Assembly (NCBI GenBank): GCA_963847185.1
Contig: CAWJYV010000004.1
Coordinates: 64,001 to 128,000, forward strand
Reading direction: 5' to 3'
DNA length: 64,000 nt
Source of the DNA: an uncultured Methanosarcinaceae archaeon
GTDB taxonomy: Archaea > Halobacteriota > Methanosarcinia > Methanosarcinales > Methanosarcinaceae
Part shown: positions 41,271-51,581 of the stretch, piece after piece
Numbering within the stretch: the first letter of the stretch is position 1
How the letters are laid out: each line of letters begins with the position of its first letter
Translations under genes and position numbers: made by a program
Notes under the pieces: model-generated
What the model was told of the DNA's origin: nothing
Database searches by the model: none
The model's input: the letters and a program-made list of their open reading frames with translations, nothing else

Positions 41271-41612
41271 ATTCGTGAAGTAAGAGATTATATCCAGGAT
41301 ATCTATAATGCAATGGAAGCGGCAGAAGAATTTGTCAGCAACTGGACATTTGAGAAGTTTGCTGCAGATCGCAAGACACAGTTTGCAGTAATTCGGGCTC
41401 TGGAGCTTATTGGCGAAGCAGCAGAAAATATCTCCTGCGAAGTGCGTGAAAAGTATCCATCTGTCCCATGGAAAAACCTGGAAAGAATGAAGGATGAGTT
41501 AATCCACACTCACTTCGGCATCAACCTGAAAGTTGCCTGGATGTCCGTAAAAGAAGGCATATTCGAAGCGAAACCGGATATAAGATATATTCTGAATGAG
41601 ATGAGAAATTAG
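41271..41612 (+). CDS. DUF86/HepT-like HEPN protein, orphan; apparent ATT start
   Basis: (I)REVRDYIQDIYNAM...FAVIRALELIGEAA...YPSVPWK...MKDELIHTHFGIN; GAGGG RBS 6 nt before ATT; first ATG is 41313. Confidence 0.75.
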   Translation: MREVRDYIQDIYNAMEAAEEFVSNWTFEKFAADRKTQFAVIRALELIGEAAENISCEVREKYPSVPWKNLERMKDELIHTHFGINLKVAWMSVKEGIFEAKPDIRYILNEMRN

Positions 41613-41867
41613 AGCTATTCTGTTTATTGAAACCAAGAATAAATTCCACTCTATTTTCTCATTTAGGTTCTATTCTCCCATTTAGGCTCTATTTTCTATA
41701 AGTGTGATTTGTTAGCATAAATTTCTCAGCCAGACTAGATTTCCTAAAAACTAACAGCTGCTTACTCAAGTTACAGGCAGAAATTCAAATAAATGATTTA
41801 ATTGGTATAAAAAATATCAGATAGTGTTCCCAATTTATTGATTAGGAATTTTAAACATTATGATTCC

Positions 41868-42036
41868 GGCTCTTCGCTGTCTTGTATGGATTTAAAATAA
41901 TTGCCTGGTTGAAAAATGACTGTTTCGGATAGAGAAACCTCGATCTTGAATATGTTTTTTCCAGATAAATTGTGTTCAAACATTACCCATATTTAGAAAG
42001 CAATTATAAATTATCCACTCGAAATAGCGAAAAGCC
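41868..42036. mobile_element. MITE-like element, family A
   Basis: GGCTCTTCGCTG...CACTCGAAATAGCGAAAAGCC; similar to 791-964. Confidence 0.75.
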
Positions 42037-42622
42037 TTAAATATTTGTGTTAGGAGATCAAAAAAGCAGATTATTAACTAATTCACAGAATAAAGTATAA
42101 CAGAAGGCTCTTTAGCTAAAAAAAGTATGTAGGGGAGCCGCAGTGATAATTCAAGAAAATATCACGCTTTAGAATTGTAATGTGTACAATAGCAGTTTTA
42201 GGTCCTGATACAGACGCTTGAAGCATTTTTCTTCAAATAGGATAAAATACTAGCTTTAATATGGTAGGACTTAAACAGTGGAACTGAAAACAACAGAATC
42301 TACAGGATTCTTTCTTATCGGCTACAGGGTAGCAAAGTCTGTTGGATCGTTTCCTTTAATTGATCAAATCTGAAAAAAGCTCTTAATGCTATTGTTTTTC
42401 AGTTAAATGAATTATTTTTATGAATAAAATTAGGTGAGACTCATTCGCCAGCCTTTTTTGGCGAATTCCTGTCAATTTCAGGAAAGGATCTACAAAACAG
42501 ATCAGACTTTAATATGATTAAGTTCTCCTGTTTCTGTAGTCCGCCGAAAGGCTGTACGAATGTGTCTTCATGGATTTTACGTTTTATGGAGTGTCTAAGA
42601 CAGATTATATTCTATTCTTTCA

Positions 42623-42654
42623 CTGTTTAGATAGCTAATAATTTATCTAAACAG
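42623..42654 (-). terminator. Hairpin downstream of peptide gene 3
   Basis: Perfect 11-bp stem CTGTTTAGATA/TATCTAAACAG. Confidence 0.5.
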
Positions 42655-42716
42655 CTTTTAATCCATGATGCGATTATTCAGCGGTCGGCGATTAGGATCA
42701 CTGCCGAAGCAATCGA

Positions 42717-42954
42717 TTAATCCCACCAGCCGCCGCGGCCTCTGCGACCTATGGCGCAGGCTCTACGAATTACGGTTGTTGCGCAAAGCCCTCGGTCCAC
42801 AGCCTCCGCCACAGCCACCGTCAAAGCCTCCCCAGCCTCCGCCGCAGCCTCCACCGCAGCCTCCAAAGCCACCGCAGCCTCCGCCACCAAAGCCAAATCC
42901 ACGATCAAACCCACGTCCTCTACCAAATCCACCAAATCCACCAAATCCGAACAT
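42717..42954 (-). CDS. Gly/Cys/Phe-rich peptide 3 (63 aa to TAG at 42763, or longer ending GGWWD via a 1-nt frameshift)
   Basis: GGGGGTAA RBS; MFGFGGFGGFGRGRG...GGCGGFGGCGGGCGGGWGG...; adjacent frame reads LCATTVIRRACAIGRRGRGGWWD*. Confidence 0.7.
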
Positions 42955-43756
42955 TTATTTTACCCCCATGTTGGTATATTATTTTAGATTTTTTTGTGTT
43001 TTTTTTCATTCTCGTATTTTCTACTTTTTGCATACAGGAGAAGACAAAACTTTTAAGATTAGAGTATGAAGTGGGTAAGAGTATACAATTACTCCAGGGT
43101 ATGCACTGAGCATACGATCCTCTAATCAAATTTTTTATCCACCCCTCAAATTGATAGTTACTTCTGGCAATTGTATTTGGAAACTATTCTAATCACTTCC
43201 TTCCGTCTGGAGAGAACAGATTCAAGTTTAACTGCCAGAAGTATAAACTAATATATAATTCTTGGATATATAAAATTAATAGAATATCTTTTACTTAATA
43301 CAAATAGGCTTTGAAAAACTGGGCACACATAACGTTAAAAAAGCGAAGTTACTTTTATATTTATTAGTAGATTTAAATCCTTTAAGTTATCCGCTAAAAT
43401 GAGGAGTTTTAGTCCATAATTCACGTTTTTACGCAAAAAAAGACCTCAATAATATAAATAAGACTTTTATGAGATGAATAAACCCCTTTTTCCAATTAAA
43501 GCCAATTAAAGGGTTCAAAATATACACATTTAGTTAAAAAAAGTTGTATTACTCTTTGATCACTCTTTCGAGATCTAAACTTCATGACTTTAGTATTTTT
43601 TTTAAAATTAAATTATTCGTATAAAAAGTAAAGTAACATAAAAGAGAACACATAGCCGTCAATCAAATGAGGTAATTCACCATATATTATCTCCCTTGCC
43701 TTGAAAAGACAGCTATGGTGTACTTCTTTATTTCAATACGTGGTGATCCTTTCATA

Positions 43757-43794
43757 ATAGCTGTTAAAAGCCATTGAAATCCATTAACAGCTAT
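43757..43794 (-). terminator. Hairpin downstream of peptide gene 2
   Basis: ATAGCTGTTAA...TTAACAGCTAT inverted repeat; duplicated near 44090-44127. Confidence 0.55.
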
Positions 43795-43803
43795 TAGCTA
43801 TAA

Positions 43804-43899
43804 TTACCACCAGTTGTTCCAGCCGCCACAGCCGCAGCGGTTCCAGCCGCAGCCGCCACCGCAGCCGCCCCAGCGTCGGAATCCAAAACCCCAAAACAT
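43804..43899 (-). CDS. Gly/Cys/Trp-rich peptide 2 (31 aa: MFWGFGFRRWGGCGGGCGWNRCGCGGWNNWW)
   Basis: GGAGGTAAACACA-ATG; GC-rich coding island in AT-rich DNA; paralog of 44136-44222. Confidence 0.8.
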   Translation of the reverse strand: MFWGFGFRRWGGCGGGCGWNRCGCGGWNNWW

Positions 43900-44135
43900 T
43901 GTGTTTACCTCCATAGATTACTAAATGGTTTTATTTACCTGTATTATTGGTTTATGTTACTTAAACCAATATAAAAGAAAACACCTAGCCATCAATTCAA
44001 ATGAGATAGTTCACCATAAATTATCTCCCTCGCCTTGAAAAGACGGCTACGATGATATTTCTTGTTCCAATACTGGTGGTTCTTTGAAGATAGCTGTTAA
44101 AAGCCATTGAAAGCCATTAACAGCTATTAGATGAA

Positions 44136-44222
44136 TTACCACCAGTCGCAGCCGCCACAGCCGCCCCAGCGGCCACAGCCGCCACAGCCGCCCCAGCGTC
44201 GGAATCTCCAACCCCAAAACAT
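44136..44222 (-). CDS. Gly/Cys/Trp-rich peptide 1 (28 aa: MFWGWRFRRWGGCGGCGRWGGCGGCDWW)
   Basis: Identical RBS/spacer GGAGGTAAACACA-ATG; length differs from the paralog by whole codons. Confidence 0.8.
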   Translation of the reverse strand: MFWGWRFRRWGGCGGCGRWGGCGGCDWW

Positions 44223-44956
44223 TGTGTTTACCTCCAGTGATTAATGTGTAGTTTATTTACTCTGTATTATTGGTTTTATCCGTTTACTCCCTTTACAGAA
44301 CAGGGAAGATGAACTTTCCGAGTTTAGATTGCTTAATTTTTGAATCAAACTCTTCTCAACCTCCCTTATCTGTTTTATGCTCATGGCAACTTATTTGTAA
44401 AAGCTACTTTGTTTATCAATTCTCATTTAGAGTGGAACAAACTTGTTTTTAATGAAACAAACTTGTTTTTAGCTGCACCGAGCATAATTAAAAATTATAC
44501 AAATTATTATATATAAATGCTAGAATAATTCATTCTTATCATTGATAGGCTTGGAAAAATTAGGTAAACCGCCTCGCCAGAGAGCGAATTTACTTTTAAA
44601 CTTAAGTTATAATTTCTAATTTTTTAATGCTCCAACAAGATCAGGATTTTTTTGTCTATAATCCCATGTTAGCCAAAAAATAAAGCTCCTTTAGTAAAAA
44701 TAAAGTACATTTCCCTGATCAAATTCCATTGAAAGTTTTAAAAACTGCTAATTTTGTCGAAAAAATAAAATAACTCTTTTGGTAAAAATATTAAGTAACT
44801 TCACTCTTTTTTTGCGAACAAAAGTTCCTTGCCAAGTATGATATTACGACAATAGATTTTTTTCGACAATAGATTTTTCATTCATACATTGGATAAGAAA
44901 TTCGAAAATTCTTCAAATAATTATGTCCAGATTAATCTGAATGAGAGTTTTTGTTT

Positions 44957-45598
44957 TCAAATCTTCAATATTTTTATTAATTCCTTTGCCCATTTCAGCT
45001 TTTTTTTCTTAATCTGACTAACATCCGGATCTTCAAAATCAAATCCTGCCAGCCTTACGCTTTTACCTCCAAACTCCATTGCCACAAAAGCACACCTGTC
45101 TCCATCACTGAATCCACCGAAATTGTACACTTTATCAAAAGGCTGAGCCTGGGTAGTTGCAATAAAGCGCTTGAAAAGAGGTACATATTTTTCAAGCTTA
45201 TCGATATTATCTCCATGTGCGTGGATCAGGACTAATGAGCCCTTCTCACAGGCATGGATTTCTTTTTCAATATCGGCCTCGGAATTACCGTCAAGGTCGG
45301 TACAGATAACCTCAGGTACACGACCGATATCCATCAGAACGGCAGCTGCTCCATCGGCTGCAATTACCACAAAAGCAGAAAGCTCGATTCCCGAAAGCTC
45401 TTCCCTGAGTTTTGGGGCATTTCCGCATACCAGGACAGGCTTTCCGAAAATTGCGACTTTAAGTTCAGAGAGATTGACAGTATTATCCTCTGTCAGCAGG
45501 CTGGAGAGGAAGCGAGCTGCCTCTTCATCACCTGCACGGTCGAACCCGAAATCCTCAAGGATTCTTTCGTAAATCGGCTCCCAGGCAGCAAAGTCCGT
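44957..45598 (-). CDS. mptE: 6-hydroxymethyl-7,8-dihydropterin pyrophosphokinase MptE (DUF115); apparent ACG start
   Basis: (T)DFAAWEPIYERILEDFGF..D, VCGNAP, IAADGA, TDLDG, HAHGDN, NFGGFSDGDR, KKKKLKWA; AGGTGTGA RBS; in-frame TAA upstream. Confidence 0.88.
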   Translation of the reverse strand, partial: TDFAAWEPIYERILEDFGFDRAGDEEAARFLSSLLTEDNTVNLSELKVAIFGKPVLVCGNAPKLREELSGIELSAFVVIAADGAAAVLMDIGRVPEVICTDLDGNSEADIEKEIHACEKGSLVLIHAHGDNIDKLEKYVPLFKRFIATTQAQPFDKVYNFGGFSDGDRCAFVAMEFGGKSVRLAGFDFEDPDVSQIKKKKLKWAKELIKILKI

Positions 45599-45662
45599 AT
45601 AATCACACCTTTTTCGTTTTTAATTTAAACGCCTATTTCTTATCGCATTTGCTTCTCAGTGC

Positions 45663-48600
45663 TTATTTCTTTGCAATTCCCATCTTCATGGCAATGCCTT
45701 CAACATCCCAGTCCTTTACAAGAGCTCCGGAAATCTCAATGTCGCTGCCAAGTTCAAAGGCATCAGCTCTTACCTCTTCTGCAATCAAGATTTTTAAGGT
45801 CTCGACGAGCTTCAGTACTTTTTCGTCTTCGATCCTGACAGACACACGGATATTTTCATCCACCACAAGGTCAAGTTCCTTCCTCATATCCTGGAGCCTG
45901 CGGATGACTTCTCTTGTATACCCTTCAGCTTCGAGTTCAGGGGTTAAGTTTGCATCCACATAGACAAGGCCTGCATCTGATTCGGCACTGGCTGCGCCTG
46001 CAGGCAGGGTTTCTTTGAAGTTTGCCATTCCTGGAGTAGCTATGGCAGTTGTTCCATCTGCAAGGATTAGTTCGAATTCTCCGGCCTCTTCAAAGGCTCT
46101 CTTTAAAGCAAAGCCGTCGAGCTTCTGCATGGCAGGTATGACTTTTCCTGCATCTTTCTTAAAGACAGGCCCGATCTTACCCGGATCTGGAATAACCTCA
46201 AGCCCAAGTTCTTCCCAGCTCCTACCTACATCTGTCAGGACAATTGCCTTGGAGTTGGTCTGGTCCATAAGAACCGAGCGCAGCTTCTCGACAGCCTTTG
46301 CTGCATCTTCACTAGTTGGAGATATAACTATTCTCGATATAGGCCACCTGAGTTTTCTTCCTGCCTTCTGGCGGGCATTTGAAGCAGCCTCAACAATGGA
46401 ACGGGCAGTGTCCATAGCTGCTTCAAGCTCAGGGTCAAGATAGTTTTCATTGACTTTCGGCCAGTCGCACATGTGGACAGATTCAGGAGCATTCGGGTCT
46501 ACATTCCTGATAAGGTTCTGGTACATCTCTTCAGCTAGGTAGGGCATGAAAGGAGAGATCAGCTTTGTAAGGATCACATAAACCTCGTAAAGTACACAGT
46601 AAGCTGCAAGCTTGTCAGGATCATCTGCTTCTGTCCAGGTCCTTGGGCGGATTAGCTGGATATACCAGCGGGAGAGGTCTTCCAGAGTAAACTCCAGGAC
46701 CTCACGGACCGCTTTGTGCAGCAGGTAACCGTTCATAGCCTCATCTACTGCTTTAACAACGGACTGGGCTCTTGAAAGGATCCACCTGTCTTCCTCACGG
46801 AGGGCATCTTTTACGGAATCAAGATTGACCTTCATGGGGTCGAAATTATCAAGAGCCATATAGGGCAGCGGGAACCTGAAGACGTTCCAGAGGATATTGA
46901 TTGAACGGTGGACGGTTTCCACTTCTTCAAGGTTGAACTTCAGATCTTCCCATGGTGCACTTGAGGAAAGCACATAGGCACGCAGGGTATCTGCCCCGAA
47001 CCTGTCGATAATGTCCAGAGGAGAAATAACATTCCCAAGGCTCTTGGACATTTTCTTTCCGCCTGCATCCAGAGTGAAGCCGTGCATGAGTACACTCTTA
47101 TATGGAGCCCTGCCAAAGCCAACCATGCTTGCTCCTAGCTGGGAATAGAACCATCCGCGAGTCTGGTCATGTCCTTCAGTTATGAAGTCAGCTGGCCACC
47201 ACTCATCAAACTGCTCCCTTGTCTGCGGGAACTTAAGGGTTGCCCAGGAAGCAACTGCCGAGTCAAACCAGACATCAAAGACGTCTTCAACACGCTTTTT
47301 CTCTCCCCCGCACTCACATGGGATAGTAACTTTGTCCACATAAGGACGGTGAAGCTCAATATCGCCGAAAGCCCCTGATTTTTCCAGCAGCTCGGCTTTT
47401 GTCCCTATTACCTCAAGCTTTCCGCATTTATGGCATTTCCACACAGGGATAGGAATTCCCCAGTAGCGTTGCCTGGAAATACACCAGTCCCGAGCGCCTT
47501 CAACCCAGGTTCTGAACCTTGCCGAGCCTGCCCAGTCAGGGTACCAGTCAACAGCATCGATTTCCTCAAGCATCTTGTCCTTGATCTCGGTAACTTTGAG
47601 GAACCACTGTTCGGTTGCAAGATAAATGATTGGAGTCTTGCAGCGCCAGCAGTGCCCGTATCTGTGGGTTACTGTCCCTTCAGCAAGGAGTCTGTTTCTC
47701 TCCTTCAGGTCTTCAATGACAATTGGATTTGCTTCCCTGACATTCTTTCCCGCGTATTCTCCGGCTTCTTCGGTATACGCCCCATTTGAGCCAACAGGGC
47801 AGAGAATAGGAAGCTTGTGCTTTACACCAAGATTAAAGTCGTCCATACCGTGCCCTGGTGCAATATGTACACAGCCTGTGTTTTCTACGGTTACGAAATC
47901 TGCAAGATAAACTCCGTGCTTTATATTTTTCTGGACGGGTACCAGATCTCCAACAGGACTTTCGTACTCGAGTTTTGTGAGCTCTTCCCCGAGCATAGTC
48001 TCAAGGACTTCATAGTCAACATACCTGCCCTGTTTAAGGACATTTTTGATCAGGTCTGTGGCAGCAATGAGAATTTCTTCCGAGCCGTCCTGCCTGACTG
48101 CCCTGAATTTTGAGTATTCGAAACCAGGGTGTACAGCTACAGCCACGTTTGCGGGAATTGTCCAGGGAGTTGTTGTCCAGATGACAATGAAGGTATTTTC
48201 TTCCCCTTTTATCTTGAATTTCACATAGATCGAAGGGTCGGTTCTCTCGGCATATTCAACTTCTGAGTCTGCAATTGCAGTTTCACAGCGCGGGCACCAG
48301 TTGACCGAACGTTTGCCCACATCCAGAAGATCTTTCTCATTTGCCTGTTTAAGGGTCCACCAGGCAGCTTCGATGTAATCATCCTTTAAAGTCATATAGG
48401 GTTCTGACCATCTCATCCAGACACCAAGCCTCTGGAACTGTTCGGTCATTGCCTGTTTCTGGGTAATAGCAAATTCTTTACATTTCTCTATGAAATTCTC
48501 TACCCCAAAGCTCTCGATATCCTTTTTGGATTTGAAACCGAGCAAACCTTCAACTTTGACCTCTATTGGCAGGCCGTGCATATCCCAGCCAGGGCGTTCA

Positions 48601-48839
48601 AGGATGTAGCGGTTATTCATTGAATAATAGCGAAGAATGGAATCTTTAATGATTTTGTTCCAGGCAGTCCCCAGATGAATATGCCCTGTAGTATATGGGG
48701 GACCATCAACAAAAAAAAGCCTTTTTCCGGTTTTGCGGCGTTCCCGAGTCTTCTCGTACGCATCGCTGTCTTCCCAGAATTGCGTTACTTTTTTTTCAAT
48801 TTTTTCTGCATCGTATTTGGCAGTGATTTCTTTTATCAT
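45663..48839 (-). CDS. ileS: Isoleucine--tRNA ligase
   Basis: [48 protein letters not shown]. Confidence 0.98.
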   Translation of the reverse strand: MIKEITAKYDAEKIEKKVTQFWEDSDAYEKTRERRKTGKRLFFVDGPPYTTGHIHLGTAWNKIIKDSILRYYSMNNRYILERPGWDMHGLPIEVKVEGLLGFKSKKDIESFGVENFIEKCKEFAITQKQAMTEQFQRLGVWMRWSEPYMTLKDDYIEAAWWTLKQANEKDLLDVGKRSVNWCPRCETAIADSEVEYAERTDPSIYVKFKIKGEENTFIVIWTTTPWTIPANVAVAVHPGFEYSKFRAVRQDGSEEILIAATDLIKNVLKQGRYVDYEVLETMLGEELTKLEYESPVGDLVPVQKNIKHGVYLADFVTVENTGCVHIAPGHGMDDFNLGVKHKLPILCPVGSNGAYTEEAGEYAGKNVREANPIVIEDLKERNRLLAEGTVTHRYGHCWRCKTPIIYLATEQWFLKVTEIKDKMLEEIDAVDWYPDWAGSARFRTWVEGARDWCISRQRYWGIPIPVWKCHKCGKLEVIGTKAELLEKSGAFGDIELHRPYVDKVTIPCECGGEKKRVEDVFDVWFDSAVASWATLKFPQTREQFDEWWPADFITEGHDQTRGWFYSQLGASMVGFGRAPYKSVLMHGFTLDAGGKKMSKSLGNVISPLDIIDRFGADTLRAYVLSSSAPWEDLKFNLEEVETVHRSINILWNVFRFPLPYMALDNFDPMKVNLDSVKDALREEDRWILSRAQSVVKAVDEAMNGYLLHKAVREVLEFTLEDLSRWYIQLIRPRTWTEADDPDKLAAYCVLYEVYVILTKLISPFMPYLAEEMYQNLIRNVDPNAPESVHMCDWPKVNENYLDPELEAAMDTARSIVEAASNARQKAGRKLRWPISRIVISPTSEDAAKAVEKLRSVLMDQTNSKAIVLTDVGRSWEELGLEVIPDPGKIGPVFKKDAGKVIPAMQKLDGFALKRAFEEAGEFELILADGTTAIATPGMANFKETLPAGAASAESDAGLVYVDANLTPELEAEGYTREVIRRLQDMRKELDLVVDENIRVSVRIEDEKVLKLVETLKILIAEEVRADAFELGSDIEISGALVKDWDVEGIAMKMGIAKK

Positions 48840-49476
48840 ATGGGAGTCTCCCTGATGAAGGATTAGCTATAACGGAACTATAATAATATGGTGAAAACAC
48901 GGCCAGTGAAAGCCCTATCTTGCAACTGCCCGGAAATAACTGATAATAAACCGTTTTCCGGTTTACAGACAGGCTCCACCACCGGCCGCTTATATATACG
49001 AAACCTTAACAAATATCTGACGGACACAATATCCATATCAGGAAAGCAAGCTTCATCAATCCCGAAAGAGAAAGGATCTTTTGTACGTCAATCAATTTAT
49101 TCAGTAATTACTGTACTTGATTTAAGCTTTGTTGTAACAAAACAGAAAAAACATTCCTTTGTCTCGTCAGATCCGTTTTCAAGGTAATTTACGGGCTAAT
49201 TCTTATCTAAGGATCAGGACTCAGGATAGAAAAGCTGCGAAAAATGAAGAATTGAAAACCGATCATGTAGACGAGTAAAAAAGTAAGTAAAAATATCAAT
49301 GACCTGGAAAATTTTGTTTAAGATTTCCTAATCATTGAAAGCACAAAGGTTATAGAGAAGCTCTGTAACTTAGAAAATCTGCTTGAGCAAGCAAAAAGAG
49401 CTTTTGTGCAAACATCTCTTGACTGGATGATGTTTTTATCTTAGGATAGTATTTTTAATCTTTTGAATGATACTTT

Positions 49477-49680
49477 TTAGCTCTTACCTTTAAGAGTCTT
49501 CCATATTACAGCAATTTTCTCGATCTCGATATGGGTATAACCCTCTTCTTTTATAGTCCATTTGAGACTAAGGATCCCATCTTTGCATTCTGCAGCAATT
49601 CCTCTGTACATAGTGTTTCCCCCAATGTCAATTTCGACTTCTTTACCCATATAATACTTCTCAATAAATTCCTGTTTCAT
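49477..49680 (-). CDS. Small Sm-like-fold protein (MM0924-like)
   Basis: MKQEFIEKYYMGKEVEIDIGG...G....CKDGILSL...THIEIEKIAVIW; GGAG RBS. Confidence 0.65.
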   Translation of the reverse strand: MKQEFIEKYYMGKEVEIDIGGNTMYRGIAAECKDGILSLKWTIKEEGYTHIEIEKIAVIWKTLKGKS

Positions 49681-49911
49681 TATTTTCAACTCCAACCTTT
49701 GGTTTCCGATCGTGTACGGAAAAACAATTATCAGAACATAGTTAGTTTCAGGCAGTATATTATATTTAAAAAAACACAATTTCTGAATATAGTTTCCTTT
49801 ATTTCTACAAAAAAGATATCAGCTGATGAAACTTATCTCAAAGCTGACCCAATTATCCGGAAAACTCAGAGAAACCGACTTAAAAGCCGGTTTAACACCC
49901 TGAGTACCCAT

Positions 49912-49999
49912 ATTTAACTCAAAGATTACAATTTAACTCAAAGATTACAATTTAACTTAAAGATTACAATTTAACCCAAAGATACAATTTAACTCAAAA
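49912..49999. repeat. 19-bp tandem repeat (ATTTAACTCAAAGATTACA) about 4.5 copies
   Basis: Head-to-tail units without spacers. Confidence 0.9.
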
Positions 50000-51223
50000 A
50001 TTAACCTCATTTTCACTAAATCCTGATTCACTCAATCCCATTTCGTTCAACTCCATTTCACGTCCTCTGGAAAAGGTATCAAAGAAAGGAATATCTGCCC
50101 CAACAAACCAGGTTTCAAGGAAACTTAAGAGATGATATTTCAGGAAAACGGAAAGAGGCACATTAATGAAGAGCAGAGTTCCAAAGAAAATCAGCAGTTC
50201 CATAAGGACAAAAGGAGTCAGGAGTATCCAGCTCCAGGGGTCAGATACCAGGGAAGAGAAGATGAAGTATAGAATTATATCTGCAATAAGGTAAATCAGC
50301 CCCAAAACCAGCAAGACCACCAGGAAAAGCACAATTGCGATAATTGCTGTTGCTATTCCGAGTACAATTCTGGTTAACCAATAGAGAAACACTTCCTTCC
50401 AGCTTTTTTTGAAATTTGAAAATACAAGTCCGAAAGATGAAAGAATTCCTGTGTTCCGATAAATGGAAATAGGAATTGCAAGGTTTAAAAATGAAGTTGT
50501 CCCAAGTACAAGCAGGATCAGCACAATAATCGCACCAATAAACCAGAGAATCCCGCCTACAGAAGGATCAGATTCCTCAAGTACCGAGGGAAGAAGAGGC
50601 AGAAAAGCTATTACAGTAAGAATAATAAAACCCAGAGCAAGAGCAAAATACACCATTAGAAGGTTGAAACCTTTTGCCACAAACTCCCTTGAATAAGCCC
50701 AGAATTTTACCTCGTTTCTTACCAGAGATTCCACAAAAACAAACTGCATAAGACTGGAAACATACATAAAAAACAGGATTATAAGAATTAACAATGAGAT
50801 TGCAGCAATCGTAAGCCCATACTGACCAAGAAAACTATCCGAAAAGTAAAGTTTCTCAACGGAAGTAGATATACCATTGGAAAAATAATCCGGAAAAAAA
50901 CCGGAACCTGATCGTATCAAGTTATGAATAAATCCAGAATTACCCTGTATCCCGGAATTTAAGTGAATTTCCTTAAACTGCAACGGGTTAAGGTTAAAAG
51001 GAAGTCCTGGTATTTTGGCAGGATCAATACTGGGAAGATTACCTAAATCCTCAGGATTCGTCTGATAGTTACCACCTGATCCTCCGTAATTGGAACCAAA
51101 GCCGCCCATGAGTAAAATAATAATTGCGAGTTTAACCCATTTCCAGAAATCAAAAGGTTCAAAAAGAGCTTTTCTTGTCCTTGAAAGAGCTCTATCCACT
51201 GCATCTATTGCATACCAGCTCAT
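49994..51223 (-). CDS. Conserved polytopic membrane protein of unknown function
   Basis: MSWYAIDAVDRA..RT...LFEPFD..KW.KLAII; multiple TM helices. Confidence 0.8.
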   Translation of the reverse strand: MSWYAIDAVDRALSRTRKALFEPFDFWKWVKLAIIILLMGGFGSNYGGSGGNYQTNPEDLGNLPSIDPAKIPGLPFNLNPLQFKEIHLNSGIQGNSGFIHNLIRSGSGFFPDYFSNGISTSVEKLYFSDSFLGQYGLTIAAISLLILIILFFMYVSSLMQFVFVESLVRNEVKFWAYSREFVAKGFNLLMVYFALALGFIILTVIAFLPLLPSVLEESDPSVGGILWFIGAIIVLILLVLGTTSFLNLAIPISIYRNTGILSSFGLVFSNFKKSWKEVFLYWLTRIVLGIATAIIAIVLFLVVLLVLGLIYLIADIILYFIFSSLVSDPWSWILLTPFVLMELLIFFGTLLFINVPLSVFLKYHLLSFLETWFVGADIPFFDTFSRGREMELNEMGLSESGFSENEVNF

Positions 51224-51344
51224 AATGGAGAAATTTACTCAGATAACAAATAAATAATTATCCTGAGAATTTAAGCTGAAACGTTAAAGACAAATTTAAA
51301 ACACCTGAAAATTGAAGTTCAGGCTTAAGATGTTGTAATATTAC

Positions 51345-51412
51345 TTTTCTGTTCTTTTTCTGTTCTTTTTCTGTTCTTTTTCTGTTCCTTTTACGTTCCT
51401 TTCTTGCTCCTT
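51345..51412. repeat. Pyrimidine-rich 11-bp tandem repeat (TTTTCTGTTCT)
   Basis: Four near-perfect and two eroded units. Confidence 0.75.
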
Positions 51413-51581
51413 TACACATGCGAAAGAGCCACAACACTTTTTAAATGGTGGACAGTCATATGTATACTTAATTACTCCTTCTGCTCTACCTGAGGTCAAA
51501 TCCGAGCTTTTCAATTCAATTTTGGAAATCCTATATCGATTTTGAGCCGCTCAGATCAATTATGAGGCATCCAAGTCAACT

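Noticed and set aside
42665-43069. Pro-rich (134 aa) and Ala/Thr-rich (78 aa) plus-strand ORFs
   Set aside because: Antisense shadows of the Gly-codon repeat; RBS and paralogy support the minus strand.
48850-49010. T-box-like or riboswitch leader for ileS
   Set aside because: Only a short inverted repeat is visible; no T-box consensus recognised.
49912-49999. CRISPR array
   Set aside because: Units are head-to-tail with no unique spacers; no cas genes. Same applies to 28284-28334 and 22664-22711.
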